Of a stretch of 61,977 nt of DNA, positions 12,204 to 26,432 are shown in pieces. The notes beneath the pieces were generated by a model, which did not search any database, had not been told where the DNA came from, and saw only the letters and a program-made list of their open reading frames with translations. Source of the DNA: Trypethelium eluteriae (taxonomy: Eukaryota); assembly GCA_051942245.1 (NCBI GenBank), contig JAVECL010000074.1:1-61977 (forward strand). Direction: 5' to 3'. Both the position numbers and the translations under genes were made by a program. Every line of letters starts with the position of its first letter. The stretch's first letter is position 1.

Positions 12204-15200
12204 GGCGAGTAATTATCTTTTATATCCCGCCCTTATTCCCTTCGCCCACCGAGTCCCCTCGTCCTGACCCGTCTGGAACGCAGATGACGACGGCTGACGG
12301 TGGCCAATATTTTTTTTCGAGCCTTGTCTCTTCGAAGACGACTGCCCTTTCCTTACGGCAGGGCGAGACTGCCAAGCCTCAGTCGAAGGTGGCCGACAAG
12401 GACGCAGACGGGCGCACCTCAACCAATGGCGCAGCTGCGATATACCAGGGCGGCAGACCAGGCACCGCGGGCCGACTGCAAAACAACGAGCTGAGGGCGA
12501 ATCGCGGGACGGCGGCCGTTGGCGAAGGTATGGCGGGCGCTCGGCAAAGCTGTCGTTCGTTCGCTAAAGGCGGCCACTAGGGCTTGGTGTGGGCTCAGAT
12601 CGATGTGAGAGAGAAGGTAATTCAAGATTGGGTTTCGGGCCGTCGCTAGCAGCACCCAACGGCTGCTGGAGCCTGACTCGCGATAGACTCTTTTCCTGAC
12701 GGCCGTGAGAAGACGAATCTTCTGGTGTTGCAACAGGAGAGCGAGGTTCGGAGGTGCGCGTTGCCGGTGGTGGATGTGGACGTCGACGGTATTTCAAGCT
12801 GCGAGGGCCCTCTTCGATCCTTAGTTCGACAACACTTTCTTCTGAATGTGACGGCCAACGCCAACGCACAGACGCCGTCACTCGAAACTGTTCTGGTCGA
12901 CCTGGTCGCTGGATCTTTGGCTGCTTGATTGGGGCCTGTCGGTGGGGCAGTGAATGCACTTCGAACTGTTCCCGTCGGTGGAGAGAGATCCGTGAACAGG
13001 AACCTTGCTTTACGGCCAGGGTTCTGATACAGCGAGAGATGCGGGCTACAGAGATTTTGCTGTACTGGACTGCAGTGTCGAAGATCCAGGGAAGGTATAT
13101 ACGATGGCCAGGGATTACTGCCTTAGCGATCTGCGTAAGCCAGTAGGAGAGCCGCGTGGTTCGGGAAAGCCCAGCATCCAGATTGGCGATGATGTCGGCT
13201 GCAAACGCGTGAATCGAGCTTCTTTTCCGGCTTGTAGTAGTCAATTGAAGTTGCGACAGAGAGGATAAGAGCGGCTTTGGTTTTATGCTGGCGTACCTGT
13301 ACTGCGCCGTGCTAAGAAAGCAAGGGCATACGCCCGTACAGATGTACACGGTAGGTAATTCAAACAATGACAACGGCGTTGCCCGTGGTCTCGGATCTGT
13401 GGTTGACACTAAGGTCCTGAGACCACTCGAGCTCAAAGTCCAACAAAGACAGCTGCGAAAACAAAAAAAGCACGCGTCTGTACCAAGATTGGGAGCAAGT
13501 TCAATGATCATGGATCAGATGAAAGGGACATTTTGGATAGCTTGCCTTGGAGATTCCACGGGAACCTCGAGGAGAAGTGATGGGATCGAATCGGTTGTAG
13601 GGTTCGCTGGGCAATCATAACACTTGCTGCCGAGATGCGCCGTCAAGCTTTCCCAAAGAGAGCAGCCACGGGCCAGAGAGTCAATGATTCGTGCTGGACG
13701 ATCAGATTCAGCCCCGGAAGATGATCGTATTGAGTGCTCAGACCATTTCCAGTTCTCTAGGTAGCATTGGAAAGCTGCAGAAGCGCATTACCTAAAACGG
13801 AGTGTCTATGGGCATTGCAGCCGCGAGAGAGGGAATTTTTGCTCGAAGCGCATCCTCATCGATGCTAATCACTCCACGCAAAGCTGCATGTCTTACCAAG
13901 TAGATCTGCAGGTCCTCTTCTCGAATCTCAGCTGCCGCCGATGGCTCATTCGCTCAACGGCTCCAACCGGTGGCGATGCTCCCCGCAGGCGACCACGTAC
14001 AGATGCAGGAACATGATCCTCCATTCACCCGCTTGAGATGATGCTGCTTGCAGCCGACATCAAACTTTGACTTGCTAGGCAGGGCATGCAATGTTTCATC
14101 TTTACTTGCTAAGAATAATCCCCGGCTGCAGGTGGATGAGCCGCCGAATTTGCTGCAAGTCATCCCACCCCTAACTTCCATCCCCTGATCCCACTCGCGA
14201 CTACAAGGCTGACAAACTTACAGGAGCGCTCAACAGACGTGCGGCACCCTGTCGGATATTGCCCAGCTTCCGCACGGCCCGTCAGCCGCGAAGCGGGTCA
14301 TGGCCTTAGTCTGGGGTTACAGGGCAGCCAGAAGTTGAACACTGGGGAGGGGGTCAATTTGCATTGGCCGTTACCTGTCACAAGGGGGTTATATTGGCTT
14401 GGATTATGCCTGAGCCGCACCGCATTCCTCACAGACTCGTGACGGTCATTGATTGTCCGAGCTAGAATAGGTGCGCAGCAGCAAGGGCAGAGCTGGACGT
14501 CCAGCCACCGCCCAATGAGTCGACGCCATTGCGCGTGAGAGCTGTAATCTGCTTCCCAAATCAGGCGGCCACGACGACGGGTGGGGAGGGCGCCATGATT
14601 CAAAACGCCGGCATTCCAGAAGCTTTCCGACCTTCGGAGAATAACTCTCGGCCTACTTGACCAGATCAATTGGCCCGGCTGAGCAACGTCTGCAGGAGCA
14701 GGTGGACCAAAGCGTCTACCGCCAGCCTGCCCTGGCGATGGCGTCAGGTTGATGTGCCAGCCAGGCTCCTTGCTTCGATCGCCGGACCCCGGATGCGCCC
14801 CCAAGCCCAACCACTCTGCTTGAGGCGCCTGCAACGTCAGTCACTCGTGACATGCAGCATCCAGGCATTGCAAAGCCGGGCCACTGGGGAGGTACCTCGG
14901 GGGGGGGAAAGAGACTGGAAAGGACTGAAGTGCTGGGCGGCGATGGGTTACTTTGCAGGATGCTCCGCCATTGGCTCGCTTGGCGGCCCAATGGCGCGAG
15001 GACACTAATGGCGCCACCGACCATATTTTCCCAGCGCTCGCTTCTCTTCCATCCACACATTTCTCGCCGATGCTCTTTACGCTGCGCCGATGGGCATCGC
15101 GATCACCCTCGTAATGCCGCAGACATGCTAACCCTACAGATGTACACTCTCTCGACTATACATAGCCTCCTGCGCATGACTCTCACGCAGCTCGACGCCG

Positions 15201-18200
15201 ACACGCTGGTCGAAGACATTTTCGTGAGACACGCTCTTGAACTGTCGGGCCATCAGCCACTTCAGCAAGTCCAGCTCGGCCTACCATCCGTTCTTCATCA
15301 TGCCAGCGTCGGCCTTCCCTTTGGGGTCCCGGGTACAGCAACGTTTTGATTGCATTTCAACAAAGATCCTGTTACCTCTCTTGCACGTCACCCAGATCTG
15401 TCTTCGGATGCCCTTTAAGATCTCGAGTAGCCGTCAGACGTCGTAGTCTTCACCCCATCTCGATCTGCGAAGCTTTGCACCACCTCTTTCCAAGGCCAGC
15501 AGAACCCCTTCCGCATTCCATCTCGAGATGAATCGCATCGACAAAGCACGCTATCTCCAAGCGACTTGGGCTCAAAGTGCGCCGCTCCTCCCTCTGCCGT
15601 TGGTCGACCCATGAGTAGCTTCATTACACAATGACTGCAGCCATCCGTCACTACCTCCGACCATCTTCCTTGGGCCTCCAGTCATAGGCCTTCCTTTGGC
15701 CTCCTCCAAGCTTGCAGATACGGATTTATGTTAACGGCATTTTAGTTTCAAAATAATGCCGCGTGATCACTCCGAAGCTTACGACAGTGATCCATTGCGG
15801 TAAGGATCCACCGAGCGTTTCTTTGTTGGGGAGAATCTTCAACCGTTACACAACTAGGGATGGCTTCGGTACCATTCAACATGGACAGTTGTCGTCCGTG
15901 TTTCCAACCCACGCCGTCATGCTAGAGGCACCGTCGGGCTGGCACGGCCCGCTTTTTGAATGTGCCATGGTCGTCACTGGCTCAACGCCTATGAAACTTG
16001 GCAAATTGAATGCTTGATGATGCCAAGACAATCTCCACGCGTCTTTAGGATAGAGTTGACCTTGGATCAAATGCCTATGGACCGTCTCCTGGACGCCTCT
16101 TAGCGTCCTCGAGCATCTCCACCTCCTGTAGGGTCTAGACTCGAATCGTAGGCACGGTCAGGGGCTTCCATAGGCTTCGGATGCGCGCATAGAGCGAGTC
16201 TCGCCTACTCATTTTGTTTTTGTAGTTTTTTTCCGTGACAAATCGGCTACTTTCTTCATCTACTTCAAGCTATCAGCTAGCGCTCACGGGAATTTTCTCT
16301 GAGAAAAACGCTGGATGAACGCAAACTTGACGAATGCTAATCGCGAACGACTACGCGGTGGCCGCAATCTATCTGTAATCCATTGTGTCGATCTACACTG
16401 ACACACAAAGATTGCCGACCACTGCATTTGGCCACGGTCCATATGTCACCACTAAGAAAGATGCAGGACGTCGATCCCATCTGGCGGAAACGTGCCTTCC
16501 CCTCTTGGATCTCCGATGAAGCACGCTACATTCAGGTGCGGACGTTGTTTCGTAGGACCTCTTGTCGTAATATGCAGGATCCAATCTACCTGCCTATTCT
16601 TGCCGTAACGTCTTGCCTCCTGGGTCATTGTTGCCACGCGTTCAGTGTTCACCGGCCTGAATCAAGTTCACTGCATGGATCTTTCCCGTGCCGTGCTTCT
16701 TCAACGGTCAGGTTCTGGTAGCGAACGGCAAGATTGCACCACTCGGAACCTTACAGCACGCTTCAAACATCACATGTATTCGAGAACTACTTTCCCGAAG
16801 AGTTGTATCAGGCGCTGAAGTATTTGCAAAACTTAAATCATCTGCTAAGCATCCAGCGATCTTTGGATTGGTAGCCGTCATTGCTTACGACCTATATCCA
16901 CTTAACTTATGATGGCTGACAAGCGTGCCAAACCTAGTTAATGCTCTACTCGCATCACCATTCCTCGCTTTCTACTGGTCTCCTACATTTGACGTCTCAA
17001 TTTGCCCTGGGGCCTAACTTGGCTAGACAAAATTGTGATGTGTTTAGTGTAAATTCCAGATCCTGCTGGTATTGCCTCTTTTCTACCTTCCAATATTGGA
17101 ATGCGACACTGCGAACTCAACTGTACTCCCTGTAGAGCATCAATGCCCCTTTGGATTAGCGTTCGTTGCTACAAGAAGAAAGTTGGTCTGAAGCATAGCC
17201 AACATCTCACTTTCAGAATGTGCTAAAGATTTCTGGGCTGCAGATGGGCTAATATCCCTTGAAGGAATCCCGCTTGTTACTTATCCGTCCACATTACTGA
17301 CTGGAATACAGCTGGACATTCCTTCGTTGTCAGTGCAATATGTCTGTCAAGACATTTCTTCCCGTGTTTGAAGACCGGCCCCAATACTGATTCACGAGTA
17401 TCAAGACCGACCAAGAGCCCACTAAATGATAGTAGAGAAGACATGAAGTGAGCCGCAAGGCATCCCAGAACCGCATTATGTTCCAGTAGTTTTCAGCGCA
17501 ATCAAGGCATTAAGTAATCGTTCAAGATCAAGTTTATATGGGCTTCACTCTACAAATAGAGGCCTTCATCACAGCTCGTGGAGCTATACTGAGGATGGTG
17601 CCGCCCATCCGCCCTAGACTGATCACACCGATCTTCAGCGTCATAAACATCTTCGTACCGGTTTAATTTCTTATCTCGCAGTTTCTAAACTTCCTACTTC
17701 ATCTTCTCAGCTCATCAGAAACGTGGGGAAAAAATGCGATGAGCAAGATACAGCAGAAATCACAGGGTCCAATCTTCTACGTACAAGGGAAGGTCAAAGT
17801 GCCCGCCAGCAGCCGTGACAGCTGCCTAAATTTCCGCCTGGACAGGACTCAGCTTTTGCTTGCCTGATCTAACATTACTACGCCTTTGTCTGAGAACAGG
17901 AGCAAACACCCAAAGATCATCTGAAGAAAACGCGTGGTCGTCTCCCTGCACCTTCCCGTACCCTTTGCCTATCCAGGCGGATCCTTCGGAAATATATTCC
18001 TTTTAGACGATCAATGCAAATAGCAACTGGAAATATCTGCCGAATAGCAGCGGAGTAGGGGAAAGCTCATGTTGGACACAAATGCTGATCTGCAAGTCTG
18101 CCTTCTTCTCATTATCTTCTTGAAACTGCTCGGCCAAGCCCACGGAGCGACCCGAGCTTTCTCCTGCTGGTCCCAATAGCAGGATCAATGCACTGAACGG

Positions 18201-18788
18201 CTTGCAGATTGAATGTAAGGTTTGTCCAGCCCTGAGAGGCAATTTTAAGGTTCCGCAGTAAGACATTCGGGATTGCCTATGTTACAAGGCGTGTAGCTTC
18301 AATCTCACCTCTTCTTAGAGTGTAAGAGCACATCCAATGAACTTGCGATGCTGTCAATGTGCGTAATCTAAAGACCTGTCTCAAGTGCCACCTTCCAAAT
18401 TTCGATCAACTAAACAACTGCTGTCGTCGTTCGAGATCAAGTTACGCGTTGAATGATTAGGGCAGTCAATCTGAACGCTACACATCTTGCAACCAATGGT
18501 TATAACTTCACCCGATGAGTCTCATGTCGTATCATGAAATGACTGAATGCTGCTGCTGTTGGTGCTCAATTCATCAGGAGCGACTAATCTAACGCTACCT
18601 TTGGAAGACTCTGTCTATCACAAGTAGATGCTGATTGTCCAGTTCGGTCATGCTTCTCGCAACGACAGGCGTGTCAATGAGGACAGGTCTCTCAGTATAG
18701 TTCAAGTAGCTGATGGTGTGTGGTACATCCGCGTGGGCCAGGTTGGATTTGATGTTATTCAAGAACTGATATGCGGTTTACAGGTTGC

Positions 18789-20857
18789 TCACTCCCTTAG
18801 CCAGATGCCGTCATCGTCCTCATCCAGTCTCACATTGGCTCCTCTAGCCAGTTTTCTCACTCTATTCATATCCTCCGTCCCCATAAAGCTCCTCCGTAGC
18901 TCTCTATCCAATCCACAACTCAACATAGCCAATGCACTCCCTTTCCACACCTTAGACTCTACTACCTTCGTCCTCCAAACCACACAACCCAAAAACAATG
19001 CTGCACCCCCAACAACTACTAACGGTAACGTCAGAAATGCCCATCTCACATGGACGTAGCTCTCCACGTTCTCTGCCATACCCGCAACCCCCTTCGCGCC
19101 AGTGAACGAGCGAAACGCAACGGTCATAGAGGTCGCGAGGTCCGAAAGAAGGAGCGGTATACCGGAGGGGTATTGGTAATAGTTCCAATAGAAAGCAGTC
19201 ACGATGTCGGTATCAAAGAAAGTTTCACCACTGGAGATACCGACAGTGAGGTTCACGGCGACGGCGTCTGGATTGGTCGAGGAGATGGTCCGATTGAAGG
19301 ATGAGGCGCTGCGGGTTGCGGAGCCGGCACGGAATAGCGTAGAGAACCATCCAGCAAGAGCGAGTTTGGCACCCATGCTGACCTGGTAAGGAAGACTGGA
19401 CGGAGTATTGATGTATACTGGGTATTCAGTTGTAGCGTTGTTGCTATTGGAGTCGAAGATGAGTTCAGAGGAGCTCATGTCGACAACCGTACTGTTGTAG
19501 ACAATATCTGTAACATCTTCGATCAGGCTACCGTTCACGACGCTGGATGATAACGTCTGTACACAGAAGCTAAGCGAGCACTGGAGAGCCCAGGGGTTCA
19601 GAACACTGGCAACCGTTTGCGACTCTGTTCCCATGAACACCAATTTCATGATCGTAGCGTAGGGCATGTCTCCTTGTGAGAACGGAAAGAAAGGTGTCAT
19701 GCTGAAAACATCCGCAGAGGAATTCAACACGGCACCCTGAGGTACTTTCCAGCCACAGGATCCCAGGTTTTGGTGTCCTCCGTCGGTATCATCAGGTCCA
19801 CAGTAGCGTTCCATGACGGAGGAGATTTCAATACATTCGGAGCAAACCGCGAGCGTGTCGTATGTTGGCCAAGTACAATTGCCCGTTGGGCAAGCAAAAG
19901 GTAGAGTTGCTGCTGGTTTGTTGTTCTCTGCAAACAGACCATTGTATACCGCTGACTTCATAGGCAAAATCGGCACGTATCCAGCTGATGTACGTTAGAC
20001 TTAATTAGGTGGGCTAATGAACGAATGACTCACTCGAAGAGCTATCTCCAGGTAGAGCTCCGCTGTAATTAAGAGCCCGCGGGGTATTTGCGAGACCAGG
20101 ATGGGCGACGGTACGCATGCGATACTCGATGATCTGCTGAGCGAATGGGCCCAAGGCGAGAGAAACAATTGCGATGATCGCCCCGAGCGATCCAAAGACA
20201 CTGACCAAAGTAAGGCTGTGGAAAAGCAAGCGTTGGGACCAGACATCAGACTCACCCTCCTCTAGCCGTGGCCAGAAGTTTGAAAGCGCCCCGAGAACCT
20301 CGACTCGCCTCGTCAAACGTTTCGAAATCAGCAAGAGGCCTCCGGCCTGATTTAAAGCCGATCCATTTAAGCTGACTGAGCCCGCTTTGGAGGGAAACTG
20401 CAATGCCTGCATTGACAATTGTGGCCATGAGAGCGATCAGAGTGTTGAGTGTGATATCATATGGCCAATTTGGCAACGCTTGGCCATTGAAGTGGGCCAG
20501 GAGTGCGATGATACCGGTCAACGCTCCAATTCCAAGGCCAAGGCTCAGAATTTCAGAGGTCCAGGGCGATAGCTTGAACGATACTTTGCGACCAACACTT
20601 CTTACGACAGACCCGCGTTTGCTGCTGGATGAAGTAGACGAGATGAAGCTCCATGCCCATTTGCTTGGCTGCGATGACGGTGACTCGCTACAAATTTCCT
20701 TTGCTTCTTTCAGAGTGGAAGATGCAGATGTGGGTCCCAATATTTCCTGAGAGCCTTCATAGCTGGTATTTTGATCGAGGATCGTAAGAATACGCTCGAT
20801 TGAATCTGCGTCTGAGCCATCTGGAGCATTGTTGACGGTAGAGTATTGCTTCGCCAT
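18789..20857 (-). CDS. DUF3176-type fungal membrane protein
   Basis: ITLNTLIALMATI...GLSQLKWIGF...LADFETFDEASRGSRGA, LALGPFAQQII, CPTGNCTWPTYDTLAVCSEC, YVHVRWAFLTLP, WKGSALA. Two GTGAGT..AG introns (~20255-20201, ~20033-19985). Confidence 0.85.
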
Positions 20858-22670
20858 GGAAGGCTAATGGTGGCTTAGTAGATTTAGGTCTTGCAGAGGG
20901 AAATGAAAGGATCGGTGCAGGACAGCTTGAAAACGAGCGCTTGTTTCAGACATTTAAATATGGGCCCCGCTTGCATAGATATACATGAAACTCCAGAATA
21001 CTTCGTGAGGCAGTGTTGTTCGACGACAGGACACACGCTTCGGTGTCCCGACTCCCACATCTTGACGTCCTGCTGTCTCATTGGTGAAACATCTCTCAGC
21101 TCGACAGCAAGAGGACTGGCCTACATAGAACAGGCTACTTGCAGTTGTCGACCAGCTGAGATATGACAAACCACTGGTGGTGTCTTCGAGGAAGTGCATC
21201 ACCGCATATGGGCGGAGCTCCGCGATCATGCGGGTTGGATAACCTTTCATCTGTACCACTGTATACGTTCAAGCGTTTCAGCCTTCTTGGCAGCAATCGA
21301 CAAAGTCTTGCTGCAAGCTCTAGGTAAGCTTGAATCAATATTTATAGCTTATCTTGCAGGCCTGCAATGCGAAGGACAATTCTGGCGTGTCTGCATCTAA
21401 TGCAAGACGCCGGAAAGCGGAGAGGCGCCGAAGCACAGCCTCATTCTCCACAGCTCGATTGCACTCAAAGCTTAGCTTTTCGATAGCAGCGCGTTTGTCT
21501 GCAGAAGCCTTGCTCGATCGTGTGGCATGCGTTACATACAGCCACGACGATGAGTAGCATCGGGTCCACGTGGGAAAGATTCATCTGGCATGTGCAAATC
21601 TCTTGACATGAGACAATACGGCCTCAAGCTTTGGTCATACAGGTACACACAAATCTGTGCAGTGTCCTCGTTATCGGAATGCTCAGGCCTGAATACGTGA
21701 AGATTTTTGAAAGCAGTTCGTTCGCCTAAGCCCGTGCGCAAGCCTTTAGAAATTTCTGCTGTCCGTATGGAGATTGGCTCCGCCTCGTTCCGTTCCGCTC
21801 CGCGCATTGAGTTCTTCAAAATTTGCCAGCGCGTTGATCTAGCCATTCCCCTAACGCGGCTATGCGCGAGTATGTTACTGACAGCATCTCACGCATGTTA
21901 CAGATGTTTGCAATGAAGCGGAATCATAGCAGTTCCCAGGCTCCCTACTCCAGGTTCAGTCGTGCTGATCCATCGAGATTGTGTTCCTACACTTGACCGC
22001 TCATCGACAATCAAGCCATTGTCTCGATGTGTATTTCTCAACAGTCTGCCAATCAATGGTCCATGGAGACTAAGCCGATAGTCTGCTAATACAGGTCTCT
22101 TAGTGAGACATGGGATTGCCATATCTACGCGAGTGGATCGCACTTCAAACCACCCCCCAGCTCGGCGATCCTAAAGCCTGCTACTCTAAACCTCTCCCTT
22201 TCTTTTTTCGCAGAGCGTCAGCCAAAAATTTGTGAGACTCTGCGCGCCCTAGAGCGAGAGAGAATCTTTTGGCTGATCTGAAGTGCATGTGGAGGGCGTG
22301 CTATCGAATTGACGTCCTGTACAGCTTTGAGATGTCACAGAAGTCGCTGGAAACTTTATCCCATTCTTGGTCTGAAGGTGTGTTGCCTAACGTTCCTTTT
22401 AATATTTCGGGCTAGTAACGATAATAAATGGGAGATGAAAATTTCGATTTGTGAGTAGCAGTCATTTCGGTGCGCCTCGTTTAATTATGCATCAGGTAGC
22501 TGCCACAACATATGAAATACTAAAAATTCCCAAACACCGACTAACTTTTCTTCCTCTTTTTCCTCCTTTCTATATTATGTCCGATCAGCTGTTTCTTACG
22601 TTGACACTAACTCTGCAAATTAATGAATCGGTATTAGGCCAGGTATAGCCAGATTCCATTCACAACCACA

Positions 22671-23096
22671 TTAGGCCGGGACCGCAGCATTCCTTTCGGC
22701 CCATTGTCGCAGAACGGTCGGGTTATCGGTTGTCGGAGGGACTGTCCCATCGATCCTCCAGTTATCTTGTGAAGGTAACAAGACATTGTATTCCCAAGTT
22801 ATCCCTTTTGGTTCAAAAAGCGGGCGAAGAATGGGATCGACCATTTCATGGAAGGCCAAGCTTTCCTTTTCGGAGGCAAAGTGTCGGGCGACGTGAGAGA
22901 TGGTCAAGAGTGCGGATTTTGCAGGGGTTCTGCCGCTATTGTAGTAACTACCAACCGGGTACTCATCAAAAAAGATGTGCACATAGAAGGCAGGCAGACC
23001 ACCGTCCGTGTAAATCTGCGTAATTTTGGGTGCAATTGCATCTTTTTCCTCCCTGGAAAGTGTGCCCGCTGGGAGGACAAAACTCCAGGTTGGCAT
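22671..23096 (-). CDS. Putative oxalocrotonate tautomerase / cis-CaaD-like tautomerase
   Basis: N-terminal Met-Pro (catalytic Pro1), EKDAIAPKITQIYT, GLPAFYVHIFF, ISHVAR, WRIDGTVPP: the fungal Tautomerase_3 pattern. Confidence 0.85.
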   Translation of the reverse strand: MPTWSFVLPAGTLSREEKDAIAPKITQIYTDGGLPAFYVHIFFDEYPVGSYYNSGRTPAKSALLTISHVARHFASEKESLAFHEMVDPILRPLFEPKGITWEYNVLLPSQDNWRIDGTVPPTTDNPTVLRQWAERNAAVPA

Positions 23097-24269
23097 AATG
23101 AGAGTTGTATGCCTTATGTTGATCGAATAAAACCAGGTTTGAAGTACTCGTGGAAAGGTAAAATTAAAGACAATGCGTTCCAGCTGCTGGTCGAAGGTGA
23201 CGCCCCAGTTTATTGTAGCGGACTGCTGTTCATATCAGTAATTCTCATGGTCAAGGTCGTACGACGTAAATTGTGATCACCGAGCTCGGGCTCTCTATGA
23301 TTAGTGATCTTAGCGCTGCATGACATTTTCGTCTTCCGATTAGTCGTCCTCTATTTTCTTCATCGACACTGATCTCCATCAGATCTAGAAAGATGATTAA
23401 ATATCATCTCGCATTTTGCGCACTTATGTCTGACGAGAAAAGTTAAAAGATGGACACTCATTGTTCATCTTGTGTGCTCGGGAACGAGTAATATCTATGA
23501 GAAAAGAAGAATAAGAAGTTGCGTCGAAAATCCATTATACATAGTTCACATGAGTGGGCCATTGTTGTGTAATAACACAAACAATATCTGAATAACCCAA
23601 CAAGGAAATTTCTTGTCCCAGACACGTTTTCTAAGCTATTTAGCTTACAGATCTTCAGTAATGCCACTAATTCTTTGAACACACTGCTGCCTGTAGCCCA
23701 GGGTTGGCAATAGATTGATCGTGCACTGCTTCTGATCGGGGCAATGCTCTCCTTTGGCTTTTCTCGATTATTGCGGAACTCGAGTTTTCAACAACCTACG
23801 TTATGCGATCTACACTATCGAGACTCTTTCTTCATTTACGGGTCTACTTAAGACCAGCGTTAATGGCGCGTCAATAATCTTAAAGTCGCAACGGACTCTT
23901 GATTTGCCAATCTCGTACGACGGACATTCGGGGAGGAAATCCTTGAATATCAAGTTCGAGGATACGCTGGATAAGGAATCCTTCTTCAGTAGAATTTAAT
24001 TTACGCATTGCTGATTGAGTATCGTGTCGTGAAGAGGTAGCATGGTAGCGAATTGTAAAGGTCGTATGTAAAATGTCATATGAACGAGCTGCAGTGCGAA
24101 GGCTTTTAAAATGACCTGATTTATATGCTTGAATAGCTGCTGTCCATAATAACAGTGGCAGGGATAATCAAGACGCAGACAGTGGAAGAGGCCATAGCAG
24201 GCTAGTATAGTCACTGTAGGTTGAGTCTTGTGGTCATCTGTGTAAGAGAGCTAATACGTTGTAAAGCAA

Positions 24270-24790
24270 AAAGTCAGATACCTAGTTTCTATCTTCCCTT
24301 CTCACGAAATTTCCGATTTTTTGGTCGTAATATTGAGCTTAATATGCTTAAGCAAAAGCTACCAAAAGATGACAAAATTAAGACTTGGGGTTATCGCCAA
24401 GACACAGATTGCGCTCCGGTTTGTGTGTGCTTTCAAGCGTGACTATTCTGAAAACTCAATTTTCTGGGTGCCGGCCTTGAGTATGGAGACATTTAAGTAG
24501 GCATACAAAGGGATCGCAACAACATTAGGTATACATCAAAGGCAAGAGAGTGAAAAGGATGTCAAGAAGCTGGCGCAGCATCAGCTAACTGTGAAGAATG
24601 TGGGTAAATGGCTGCTTATCGTCGATAATGCTGATAATGGGAAGCTGCTCCATGGAGCGAAACAAGCACAAGGCTTGTTGGACTATCTACCATAAAGTGA
24701 TAACAGCTTGACTGTCTTTACAACTCGACACTCTGAGTTGACATCATCCATCGTAGTAAATGATGTTATTGAGATCGGGAAGATGGAGAA
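24270..24790 (+). pseudogene. Relic of a fungal NLR NB-ARC domain
   Basis: Fragments PSFYLPFSRNFRFFGRNIELNML, degenerate P-loop LG.IAKTQIAL, SIFWVPALSMETFK*AY, GKWLLIVDNAD (Walker B), LLDYLP*S..TVFTTRH. Stops at 24498 (TAG) and 24693 (TAA) plus frameshifts. Confidence 0.75.
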
Positions 24791-24855
24791 TTGTCGATTA
24801 CATTCCACGCGGTTCTCAACAACGGTCTACGCTGTCTAGGTAACATTAAATCTAT

Positions 24856-24891
24856 CATTCCATGGACCTCATTCCATGGACCTCATTCCAT
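24856..24891. repeat. Short tandem repeat, 14-bp unit CATTCCATGGACCT x ~2.6
   Basis: cattccatggacct cattccatggacct cattccat read directly. Confidence 0.8.
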
Positions 24892-25241
24892 GCCTTCACG
24901 TTCATCTCACAACCATAAAGCACTGACTTTGTCTTGGATCCCTCTATAAAGGTCTGATTATTTTTCTTTGGGAGCCTCATCGTATCTTGCCCATCTCTGT
25001 TCATCTTCTAATCTTTCTTCTGCATCCGGAAAAAAATCAAACAGCATATACCTGGCAAATCAGAACTGACCCAAACTTCTTGACAAACAAATCTGCTTGT
25101 CTTACTTTATCCAAATTCAGCAAACAAGCCCCTGAGCAATCTGTGCTTAGCTGAGTCTAGTTTACAAAATTTTCCTTAATCAAAGAACCGGCAATTGATT
25201 GGCAAACTTGTTTTCTAATCAAATACCATACCAAGATCATT

Positions 25242-26432
25242 ATGTCGACTTCTTCAGCCCAAGCCATAAATTCTTCATCTTCAAGCAGTCGTGTTCCCCC
25301 AGGAACTGTCCTTTTCCCATTGCCAATACCAGAGAGAAAGATACCTACAATGGCCTCTGTTTCTCCCTTTGGTGGTCCTTGCATGTACACAGGACAGGAT
25401 GCATACCACTGGTCGAGTTGCTATTGTGTTGATGATAGCGGACAAGTATCATCTCACGGACCTCTACCAGTACTAGGTCAAATCCAAAATACAGGAGAAA
25501 CTCTCCTTCAGGTACAATACAACCCTAAGAGATCTGAACTAGACGGCTAATCTTTTAATGCAGACAATGGCTCGGCTCAGTCAGTATAGCTTGTCAGCTT
25601 GTAAGCTCCAACTTGAAAATGAAGCTGGGTCAATGGAACTTTCTGGTATCTGGATCAGGGGAGAAAAGCGAGATGTGATCTTAACCGTCTCTCACTTTCC
25701 CAAACCAAAAGATAACGGGAATGCACAAATGATCACTGCAAAAGTGTACACTGATTTTCTTGGCAACCTCACTCTCCATACACCTTCTATACAATGCGAA
25801 ATATTCCTTGACTTCAACAACCCCAGCGGCCCAAAGGATTTCGCCATATTTACGCCATGCAAAAATCAACCCACTCGAAGTCCTAAACAGGCTATCCCAT
25901 TGACATCTATCATGCCTGATACTGGATTACTCTCTGGTAAAGTCGTCTCGTTTGGATACAATGGCGCTGTTGCTCCAGCACTTCCTGGCCATCCAGACCC
26001 TCAAGCCTGTCCCTCCTGTTCGTGTGAGAATTGTTGGTATGGGAGTGGAAATACCATCCGCGAGAAGGTCAATCATACAATAAAAGCCCCTGACCCCCGT
26101 ATACTTGCGGCAGGCCATCGGGTCATGACATTAGGGGAGTGGAGTCCTTCCCCCAATCCACATCAACCTCTCCATACTGCGACTGGGTGGTATGGTATTT
26201 CTGGATCTGGCATGTACACAAGGGATAACCACAATCAAGTGCGTCTTGTTGCAATTTGTAGGCGTTTACTCTAATCCCCCTTCTTCTGAATTGACAATTG
26301 ACAAACTCTGTAATAGTTCAAGGAGGCATCACTGAAGGACCAGATGTCGATAAAAATCGAGCGGTGATTCTGACTGAGGAGGTGGTGGATTGTCTTTTTC
26401 GGGCAGGTAGGGAAGACAATCCAGGGAACTAG
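25242..26432 (+). CDS. Divergent trypsin-like (chymotrypsin-fold) serine peptidase with no evident signal peptide
   Basis: Exons 25242-25511, 25564-26257, 26317-26432 splice in frame. Triad-like motifs in order: VILTVSHF (His), KDFAIF (Asp), GWYGISGSGMY (Ser), then LVAIFQGG. Confidence 0.65.

Noticed and set aside
12213..18300. Many 60-315 aa ORFs (e.g. 12564-13511, 14298-14834, 14852-15349)
   Set aside because: They overlap on both strands, have no motifs and give no consistent splice model. Treated as spurious, though a degraded gene at ~17-18.3 kb cannot be excluded.
23950..24220. PNP_UDP domain remnant upstream of the NB-ARC relic (H.N.QWQG-like fragment)
   Set aside because: Too degenerate to support by eye; it needs tBLASTn.
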